DNA from: an uncultured Holophagales bacterium
Lineage (GTDB): Bacteria; Acidobacteriota; Thermoanaerobaculia; Multivoradales; UBA5704
Length of the DNA stretch: 64,000 nucleotides
Assembly (NCBI GenBank): GCA_963842525.1
Contig: CAWJGT010000003.1
Span: forward strand, 480,001 to 544,000
Reading direction: 5' to 3'
The translations under genes and the position numbers were made by a program. The notes below the pieces were generated by a model. That model had not been told where the DNA came from and searched no databases. It was given only the letters and a program-made list of their open reading frames with translations. Below are positions 19,891 to 26,067 of this stretch, one piece after another. Each line of letters opens with the position of its first letter. The first letter of the stretch is position 1.

Positions 19891-22800
19891 CCCAGCAGCG
19901 GCTCTGGTTCCTCGACCAGATGGAGCCGGGCAGCCCGGCCTACAACATGCCGGCCGCGGTGCGTCTGAGCGGTCGCCTCTCTCCGGCTGCCCTGGAGGCG
20001 AGCCTGGCCGAGATCGTGGCTCGTCATGAGGTGCTACGCACCCGCTTCGAGCAGGCAGGGGGAGAGCCGGTGCAGCGGATCCTGCCTGCGGGCGGCCGGG
20101 ACCTGCCGCTCGCCGATCTGGCCGGCCTGCCGGAAGGTGCGCGCGAGGCCGAGGCCCACCGTCTGGCGGCGGCGGAAGCCGTTCGGCCGTTCGATCTGGC
20201 CCGCGGGCCGCTGCTGCGCGGCGTGCTGCTGCGGCTGGAGGCCGGGGAGCACGTAGCCCTCCTGACCATGCACCACATCGCTTCGGATGGCTGGTCCATG
20301 GACCTGCTGGTCCGTGAGCTGGCGGCGCTCTATCCGGCCTTCGCGGCCGGCCTCCCATCGCCGCTCCCGCCACTGCCGGTGCAGTACGGCGACTTCGCGG
20401 TCTGGCAGCGGAGCTGGCTCCAGGGCGAGACCCTGGAGGCGCAGCTCGCCTTCTGGCGGCAGCGGCTGGCCGGCGCTCCACCTGTCCTGGAGTTGCCCAC
20501 CGACCGGCCGCGTTCGGCCGTGCGTAGCGGACGGGGCGCGGTCCTGCCCTTCCGCCTCTCCGGAGAACTCGCCGGCACGCTCGCCGCCTTCTCCCGGCAG
20601 GAGGGCGCGACCCTGTTCATGGTCCTGCTGGCGGCCTTGGAAACCCTGCTCTTCCGCATCACAGGCCTGGACGACCTGGTGGTGGGGGCTCCCATCGCCA
20701 ACCGCAACCGGGCCGAGATCGAGGGCCTGATCGGGTTCTTCGTCAACACGCTGGCCTTACGCGGCCGGCTCTCCCCCCGCGGCTCGTTCCGGGATCTGGC
20801 GGCCCGGACGCGCGACGAGACGCTCGGTGCCTATGCGCACCAGGATCTGCCGTTCGAGCGCCTGGTCGAGGAGCTGGCGCCCCAGCGCGATCTCGGACGC
20901 ACGCCCCTGTTCCAGGTGATGCTCGTGCTCCAGAACGCCCCGGGCGGCGCGCTGGAGCTGCCCGGGCTCACCCTCGCGCCGCTCCCGGTCGAGGCGAGCA
21001 CCGCCAAGCACGACCTCACGCTCGCTCTGGCGGAGAGAGGGGCCAGGCTGACCGGCGCCCTGGAGTACGACCGCGACCTGTTCGACCGGGCGACGGCAGT
21101 GCGGCTGGTGGGATGGCTGGAGACGCTGCTGGAGGGGGCGGCCGCCGATCCCGGCCTGTCCCTGGTCGAGCTGCCTCTGCTGTCCGCCGGCGAGCGGCGC
21201 GAGCTGCTGGAAGACTGGAACCACGCCGCCACGGCCTATCCGCGGGAGGCGACCCTCCGCGAGCTGTTCGAGGCGCAGGCCGACCTCGTCCCGGACGCTG
21301 TCGCCGTGGTCTTCGGCGCGGAGGCCGTGACCTACCGCGAGTTGGACCGGCGCGCGAACCGTCTCGCTCACCGGCTGCGCACCCTGGGCGTCGGCCCGGA
21401 GGTGCTCGTCGCCCTCCTGGCCGAGCGCTCGCTCGAGCTGATCGTCGCCCTGTTGGGCGTCCTCAAGGCCGGAGGCGCCTACGCGCCCCTCGACCCCGCC
21501 TTCCCGCCCGAGCGGCTGGCCCTGCTCCTCGAGGATCTCGGGGCCCCGGTGGTCCTCGCCCAGGAGCATCTCGCCGAGCGCCTGCCGGCGGGTGCCCGGG
21601 CCGTCCGGCTGGTGGAGGTCTGCGCAGGCGGCAGCGAGGAGCGGCTCTCCGTCCCTGTGGCCGCCGCGGGCCTCGCCTATGTGATGTACACCTCCGGCTC
21701 GACCGGGCTCCCCAACGGGGTGGCGGTCGTCCACCGGGCGGTCGTGCGACTCGTGCGGGAGACCGGATATGCGCTCTTCGGGCCTGGGGAGGTCTGGGCT
21801 CAGCTCGCTCCCATGGCCTTCGACGCCTCGACGCTGGAGGTCTGGGGCGCTCTGCTCCACGGCGGCCGCCTGACCGTCCTGCCGCCCGGAGCCCTGTCGC
21901 TTGGTGAGCTGCGGCACGTGCTCGCAACGTACGAGGTCACTTCTCTCTGGCTGACCGCGGGTCTGTTCCACCAGATGGCCGAGGAGGGCCTGACCGGGCT
22001 CGGCGCCGTACGCCAGCTCCTCGCCGGTGGTGACGTGCTCTCGCCCGAGCGCGTGCGCAGGGCCCTGGCGTCCCTGCCCGGCTGCCGCCTGATCAACGGC
22101 TACGGCCCCACGGAAAACACCACCTTCACCTGCTGCCACGCGATGAGCCGGCCGGACGAGGTGGTCTCGCCGGTGCCGCTGGGCCGGCCCATCGCCAACA
22201 CACGGGTCTGGCTGCTCGACGCCGAGCTGAATCCGGTGCCGGTGGGAGTGGCCGGAGAGCTCTATGCCGGCGGCGACGGCCTAGCGCGGGGTTACTTGAA
22301 CCGGCCGGCATTGACCGCGGAGCGGTTCGTCCCGGACCTCCATAGCGGCGAGCCCGGAGGACGGTTGTACCGGACGCGGGACCTGGCGCGCTGGCGGGCG
22401 GACGGGACCGTGGAGTTTCTCGGCCGGCTCGACCAGCAGGTCAAGCTGCGCGGGTTCCGGGTGGAGCCGGGCGAGGTGGAGGCGGCGCTGGCCGCGCTTC
22501 CCGCGGTGCACGAGGCGGCAGTGGTGGTGCAGGGCACAGGGGCGGACCGGCGCCTGGCGGCGTTCGTGGTCGGGGAGGTGGACCGCGCCGAGCTGCGCCG
22601 CCATCTCGAGCCGCGCCTGCCGGCCTGGATGGTGCCGTCGGCCTTCGTGGTCCTGGAAGCGCTGCCGCTGACGCCCAACGGCAAGGTGGACCGCCGCGCC
22701 CTGGCGGCTTTGGAGACGGCCGTGGAACGCGCCGCGGACCTGGTGCTGCCACGCACACCGATGGAGGAGCTGCTCTCCGGGATGTGGGCCGAGGTGCTGA

Positions 22801-24407
22801 GGCTCCAGGCCGTCGGCCGCGACGACGATTTCTTCGCCCTCGGCGGCCACTCGCTGCTGGCCACGCAGCTTGTCTCGCGCCTGCGCTCGCTACTCGGAGT
22901 GGAGATGCCGCTGCGCACCCTCTTCGAGCACCCGACCCTCGGCGGGCTCGCGGCGTGGCTGGAGGGAGAGCGCCAGGGCACCCTATCCGCCGAGCCTGTC
23001 CTGCCCGTGCCCCGCGACCGCGACCTGCCCCTGTCCTTCGCCCAGCAGCGCCTCTGGTTCCTCGATCAGCTCGAGCCCGGGAGCTCGGCCTACAACATCC
23101 CCTCTGCTCTGCGTCTCACCGGCGCGCTCAACCGGGAAGCTCTGGCCGCCAGTCTCGACGAGGTGGTGGCGCGCCATGAAACACTGCGCACCACCTTCGG
23201 CTTTGCGGGAAGGGAACCGGTCCAGCGCATCGCTCCGCATGGCTCCCGGTCCCTGCCGTTGATCGATCTGGCCGGCCTGCCAGAGGCCCGCCAAGAGGGG
23301 GAGGCCCGGCGCCTGGCCGACGAAGAGGCGCGCTCCCCGTTCGACCTGTCGCGCGGCTCTCTGATCCGCAGCGCGCTCCTGCGTCTGGCGGACCAGGAAC
23401 ATCTCCTGCTTCTGACGGTGCATCACATCGTCTGCGACGGATGGTCCAGCGGAATCCTGGTCCGCGAGATGGCGGCGCTCTACGCGGCCTTCGCGACCGG
23501 CCGCCCCTCTCCCCTGCCACCGCTGCGGGTGCAGTACGCCGACTTCGCCGCCTGGCAGCGGGACTGGATGCGCGGCGCGGCGCTGGAGGCCCAGGTCTCG
23601 TACTGGCGGGAACGCTTGGCGGGCGCACCTCACCTGCTGGAGCTGCCCGTCGACCGGGAGCGGCCGGCCGTCCAGAGCTTCCGCGGCGGCTGCGAGACCT
23701 TCACCTTCTCGCGGGAGCTGGCCACGTCTCTCGAGAGACTCGCCCGCAGTGAAGGCGTCACGATGTTCATGGCCCTGCTCGCGGGCTTCAAGGGGTTGCT
23801 GCACCTCCGCAGCGGAGTGACCGACGTCGTGATCGGAACCAACGTGGCCAACCGGAGCCGGCCGGAGATCGAGCCGCTGATCGGTTTTTTCGTCAACATG
23901 ATTGTGCTGCGGACCGACCTCTCCGGGGACCCGACGTTCCGCGAGTTGCTCGCGCGGGTCCGGGAGGTCGCCCTGGGGGCCTACTCCCACCAAGACCTGC
24001 CGTTCGAGCGGCTGGTCGAGATCTTGCGCCCGGAGAGGAGCCTGAGCCGTCAGCCGCTCTTCCAGGCCGTGTTCTCGCTGCAGAACGCACCGGCCGGAGA
24101 GGCCGTCGATCTCGCGGGCCTGGATCTCCGCTCGATGGCGATCGAAAGGAAGTCCGTGAAATACGACCTGGTGGTGAACATGTGGCACGCCGAAGGGCGG
24201 CTCGCGGGCTCCATGGAATACAGCCGGGACCTCTTCGAGGCCGAGTCGGTGCGGCGATTGTGGCAGCAGCTCGGGCGCCTCCTCGAGAGCGCCGTGGCAG
24301 CGCCCGACACCCGGCTGCGGAGCCTCAACATCCTGTCGCAGCGGGAAAGAGAGCTGCTCAGGGTCGAGGTGCGGGTGGAGGAGCTGGCCGAGGAGTTCTC
24401 TTTTTAA
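13905..24407 (+). CDS. NRPS1 segment d: C-A(X)-T-C-A(Pro)-T-C-A(Val)-T-C(terminal), stop TAA 24405-24407
   Basis: 3500-aa ORF with three A-T units (codes DFWHLGQIDK, DVQFVAQVVK, DALWLGGTFK) and a final complete C domain (HHIVCDGWS) ending ...EELAEEFSF. No TE or E domain. Confidence 0.95.
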   Translation: MHHIVSDGWSSSVLIRELGALYPAMSVGGAGQPSPLPELPVQYADFAVWQRGWLQGEALESRLRYWRERLAGAPPVLELPADRPRPAVAGVRGGLCRRELGADLTARLQAFGRRQGTTLFMTLLAAFKALLGRSTRQEDLLVGTPVANRNRAEVEDLIGFFVNTLVLRTDLSGDPTFLELAGRIRSEALAAYAHQDLPFERLVEELSPERSLAYTPLFQVMVVLQNTPAGELALPGLTLAPLDTAGGERSAKHDLTLFLQPAGETLDAASVFRRDLFDHPTVERLLGHFTNFLKAAVADPENSIGELPLLSEPESAQLLLEWNDTGAPQARLCLHEIFAAQAERTPAAIAVEIEEEALTYRELAERAGRLADRLRALGVGPDVLAGICLERSFDLVTALVATLAAGGAYLPLDPEYPRERLALLLADARPAVVLTRSDLRPLFGEPPSGAPCVLCVDEEGLPVAASPISAVQPANLACLLYTSGSTGRPKGVMATHAGMVNRLLWAQRVYPLGPQDRVLQSASFSFDFALWEIFAPWLAGARVVLARPGGHRDSAYLVDLIASRGITVAHFIPSMLRVLLEEEGVERCRSLRLVLSGGEPLSVELRERFFRRLGAELRNQYGPTEASIDVNHWLCHPREGSGAVPIGRPVDNTRILLLDRGLRPVPAGVPGELCIGGVALARGYLGRPELTAERFVPDPWCPGERLYRTGDVARYRSDGAVEFLGRLDHQVKIRGFRIEPGEIEAVLESLAGVRAAVLEVRGEGPSRRLVAYVVPQEPPTDLTLAGLRAALQGLLPEFMVPSAWVLLPELPLTPNGKLDRRALPEPEAPAGRETTDAVPRTPVEELIAGIWADLLGYARVGIHDDFFDLGGHSLLATRVVSRIRAACRVELPLRTLFEAPTVAGLAAAVEAAVWTGKTASPPILPRPQSGEAPLSFAQQRLWFLAQLEPESAAYNVPAAVRLTGALDRAALAAALGGIVARHEALRTSFPTVAGEPVQKVAPADGPFELPLIDLGALSEPVAEARRLVAAEALRPFDVTRGPLLRGALLRLEAAEHIALLSMHHIVSDAWSSGVLIRELAVLYAACREGRPSPLPPLPVQYADFAVWQRSWMQGEALESLLAFWRERLAGAPAVLELPADRPRPAIPSGRGGLRTARIDGGLAGALAQLGRREGLTLFMTLLAAWDTLLFRLSGQTDLVVGSPIANRNRVETEGLIGFFTNTLALRARLAPEMGFRELSERVREEALLAFSHQDLPFERLVEELAPERSLAHTPLFQVLFTLQNAPTGKLALAGLTLAPLEPVGRTAKFDLSLFLAETGNGLSAMLEFAADLFDATTASRILERFRTVLEGVVEDPEGSLAELPLLPAAERHQILAEWNDVSVWGGSPCVHHLVEAQARWTPEAIAVLAPDGTELSYGDLDRRADRLARRLRELGMRPDDRVGVCLERSWEGVAALLAVLKAGGCYLPLDPAYPQERLAFMLADAAAPVIVTRDRLAAALPPHGAHVLSLDSGWPEQENGRDLPTVGPDHLSYVIYTSGSTGRPKGVALPHRTLANLIAWQIGASAAPAGRTLQFASPSFDVSVQEVFATWAAGATLVLVPEEVRSDAEALLRRLREARVERLFLPFVALQQLAEAAVGEDEELSLREVVTAGEQLQITPEVRALFSRLPGCVLRNQYGPSETHVVTEASLWPGGVEEWPALPPIGRPIAATAVHLLDPRGLPVPAGVPGEVHLGGAGLARGYLGQPELTAERFVPDPWGRGDRLYRTGDLARRRPDGEVEFLGRIDHQVKIRGFRVELGEIEAALATHPAVREAVVVVQGRGASKRLVACILPAEGVQELREPLRAHLRERLPDYMVPSAFVAVERFPLTPSGKVDRRALAASGPELQEANTAGAAPRTPVEEVLAGIFGEVLRLASVSVRDNFFDLGGHSLLATRVVSRIRAAFGIELPLRALFETPAVEGLARTVEASLRSGVAPAPPIVPVGRDGDLPLSFAQQRLWFLDQMEPGSPAYNMPAAVRLSGRLSPAALEASLAEIVARHEVLRTRFEQAGGEPVQRILPAGGRDLPLADLAGLPEGAREAEAHRLAAAEAVRPFDLARGPLLRGVLLRLEAGEHVALLTMHHIASDGWSMDLLVRELAALYPAFAAGLPSPLPPLPVQYGDFAVWQRSWLQGETLEAQLAFWRQRLAGAPPVLELPTDRPRSAVRSGRGAVLPFRLSGELAGTLAAFSRQEGATLFMVLLAALETLLFRITGLDDLVVGAPIANRNRAEIEGLIGFFVNTLALRGRLSPRGSFRDLAARTRDETLGAYAHQDLPFERLVEELAPQRDLGRTPLFQVMLVLQNAPGGALELPGLTLAPLPVEASTAKHDLTLALAERGARLTGALEYDRDLFDRATAVRLVGWLETLLEGAAADPGLSLVELPLLSAGERRELLEDWNHAATAYPREATLRELFEAQADLVPDAVAVVFGAEAVTYRELDRRANRLAHRLRTLGVGPEVLVALLAERSLELIVALLGVLKAGGAYAPLDPAFPPERLALLLEDLGAPVVLAQEHLAERLPAGARAVRLVEVCAGGSEERLSVPVAAAGLAYVMYTSGSTGLPNGVAVVHRAVVRLVRETGYALFGPGEVWAQLAPMAFDASTLEVWGALLHGGRLTVLPPGALSLGELRHVLATYEVTSLWLTAGLFHQMAEEGLTGLGAVRQLLAGGDVLSPERVRRALASLPGCRLINGYGPTENTTFTCCHAMSRPDEVVSPVPLGRPIANTRVWLLDAELNPVPVGVAGELYAGGDGLARGYLNRPALTAERFVPDLHSGEPGGRLYRTRDLARWRADGTVEFLGRLDQQVKLRGFRVEPGEVEAALAALPAVHEAAVVVQGTGADRRLAAFVVGEVDRAELRRHLEPRLPAWMVPSAFVVLEALPLTPNGKVDRRALAALETAVERAADLVLPRTPMEELLSGMWAEVLRLQAVGRDDDFFALGGHSLLATQLVSRLRSLLGVEMPLRTLFEHPTLGGLAAWLEGERQGTLSAEPVLPVPRDRDLPLSFAQQRLWFLDQLEPGSSAYNIPSALRLTGALNREALAASLDEVVARHETLRTTFGFAGREPVQRIAPHGSRSLPLIDLAGLPEARQEGEARRLADEEARSPFDLSRGSLIRSALLRLADQEHLLLLTVHHIVCDGWSSGILVREMAALYAAFATGRPSPLPPLRVQYADFAAWQRDWMRGAALEAQVSYWRERLAGAPHLLELPVDRERPAVQSFRGGCETFTFSRELATSLERLARSEGVTMFMALLAGFKGLLHLRSGVTDVVIGTNVANRSRPEIEPLIGFFVNMIVLRTDLSGDPTFRELLARVREVALGAYSHQDLPFERLVEILRPERSLSRQPLFQAVFSLQNAPAGEAVDLAGLDLRSMAIERKSVKYDLVVNMWHAEGRLAGSMEYSRDLFEAESVRRLWQQLGRLLESAVAAPDTRLRSLNILSQRERELLRVEVRVEELAEEFSF

Positions 24408-24420
24408 AGGGATCAGCGAA

Positions 24421-24426
24421 AGGAAG
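24421..24426 (+). promoter_or_regulatory. Putative ribosome-binding site of the radical SAM gene
   Basis: AGGAAG ending 5 nt before ATG 24432, in a 24-nt intergenic gap. Confidence 0.55.
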
Positions 24427-24431
24427 CGGCA

Positions 24432-26063
24432 ATGTCCAAGAACGGGCGAATCGATTGCGTCACGATTGGCTACTACGAGCCGAGATTCGATCAATACGAG
24501 AAGCAGATCCGCGCCTTCGGCGAGGACTCCGAAGCCTACCGGGACCTGAAGTTCAGCTTCGTGGACCTCGGTGACAGGAAGCTGACGTATGCGGAGCTCC
24601 TGAGCCATGGGCACCGGTTGGCGACGGGCGGCGCGGCGGACGCGAAGGACGAGTTCATGTCCGGCGACATCCCGAACCTCGCGGCCGCCTACCTCACACA
24701 TTTCCTGCGCCGCCGGGGGATGAACGCCAGGTACATCAACCTGTTCCTGCATGAAAAGGAAAAACTCAGAGCGTATCTCGAGGAGGACCCGCTCTGTGTG
24801 GCGATCACCACGACCTTCTACAGCCTGAACTTCCCGGTCATCGAAATGGTGCGCGAGATCAGAGCGCACAACGCCGAGACCAAGATCGTGGTCGGCGGGC
24901 CTCTGGTAGCCAATCATCACCGCAGATATCCCCCCGACCAGCTCCTGATCGCGCTCGACGACATGGAGGCGGACATCTACGTGATCGAATCGCAGGGGGA
25001 GCTCACGCTGTTCCAGATCGCGCAGTGCCTGCGGGAAGGCGGCGACCTGTCCCGGGTGCCTAACATCGTCTACCGCGACGAGAGCGGGAAGCTGCAGAGG
25101 ACGGAGATCGCGCACGAGACGAATTCGCTCGACGACGATTCCGTCGACTGGCGCCTGTTCGGCGAGGAGGAGCTCGGCGCCACCCTGCAGACCAGGACGG
25201 CGCGGAGCTGTGCTTTCAGTTGCGCCTTCTGCGCCTATCCAACGCGGGCCGGCAAGCTCACCCTCGCCAGCCTGGAGACGATCGAGAGAGAGCTCGACGC
25301 CATGCGCGACGTGGGCGGAATCCGCAACGTCGTATTCATCGACGATACCTTCAACGTCCCCCTGCCACGTTTCAAGGACATCTGCCGGTTGATGATCCGG
25401 AAGCAGTACGGCTTCAACTGGTTCTCCTACTTCCGGTGCAGCAACTCCGACGAAGAGGCGATCGAGCTGATGGCACGAAGCGGTTGCAAGGGGGTTTTCC
25501 TGGGCATCGAATCCGGCTCGCCGGCGATTCTCAAGAACATGGACAAGCACGCGGCGACCGAACAATACCGGAAGGGCATCACTCTGTTGCGGCAGCATGG
25601 GATCCTGACCTTCGGCTCGTTCATCACCGGCTTTCCGGGCGAGTCGGCGGAGACGGTGCGGGAGACCGTTGACTTCATCAAAGAGACGCACCTCGACTAC
25701 TACCGATCCCAGATCTGGTACTGCGAGCCCGGAACGCCGATCTACCACCGCAAAGAGCAGTACGGCATCGAGGGGGAAGGGTTCAGTTGGAGCCACGACA
25801 CGATGGACAGCCTGGAGGCGATGGATCACATCGATCGCGCCTTCCTGGAGATCCGCGAGTCGCGTTGGCTCCCCCAGTGGTCTTTCGACTTCTGGATCAT
25901 CCCTTATCTGATGGGCAAGGGGCTGTCGCTGGAACGCTTCGCGAGATTCACCGACGAGGCGAACGGCATGCTGGCCCTCGAGATCGCCTCCGTTCCCGGC
26001 CATCAGAAGAGCCGGTTGCAGCGGGAGCGCCTGGGAAGGATCGTAGAGATCCTCAAGAACTGA
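24432..26063 (+). CDS. Cobalamin-dependent (class B) radical SAM protein, PhpK-like putative methyltransferase
   Basis: CxxxCxxC motif RTARSCAFSCAFC (Cys codons 25209-25232). N-terminal B12-binding-type region (LAAAYL...VAITTTFY...KIVVGGP...YVIESQGE). Class-B core motifs FIDDTFN, VFLGIESGS, SFITGFPGE. Overall pattern recalled as similar to PhpK/BcpD; not confirmed by search. Confidence 0.9.
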   Translation: MSKNGRIDCVTIGYYEPRFDQYEKQIRAFGEDSEAYRDLKFSFVDLGDRKLTYAELLSHGHRLATGGAADAKDEFMSGDIPNLAAAYLTHFLRRRGMNARYINLFLHEKEKLRAYLEEDPLCVAITTTFYSLNFPVIEMVREIRAHNAETKIVVGGPLVANHHRRYPPDQLLIALDDMEADIYVIESQGELTLFQIAQCLREGGDLSRVPNIVYRDESGKLQRTEIAHETNSLDDDSVDWRLFGEEELGATLQTRTARSCAFSCAFCAYPTRAGKLTLASLETIERELDAMRDVGGIRNVVFIDDTFNVPLPRFKDICRLMIRKQYGFNWFSYFRCSNSDEEAIELMARSGCKGVFLGIESGSPAILKNMDKHAATEQYRKGITLLRQHGILTFGSFITGFPGESAETVRETVDFIKETHLDYYRSQIWYCEPGTPIYHRKEQYGIEGEGFSWSHDTMDSLEAMDHIDRAFLEIRESRWLPQWSFDFWIIPYLMGKGLSLERFARFTDEANGMLALEIASVPGHQKSRLQRERLGRIVEILKN

Positions 26064-26067
26064 CGGT

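Noticed and set aside
24432-26063. Naming the gene phpK or calling this a phosphonate cluster
   Set aside because: The family resemblance is from memory, and no PEP mutase or other phosphonate gene is in the window.
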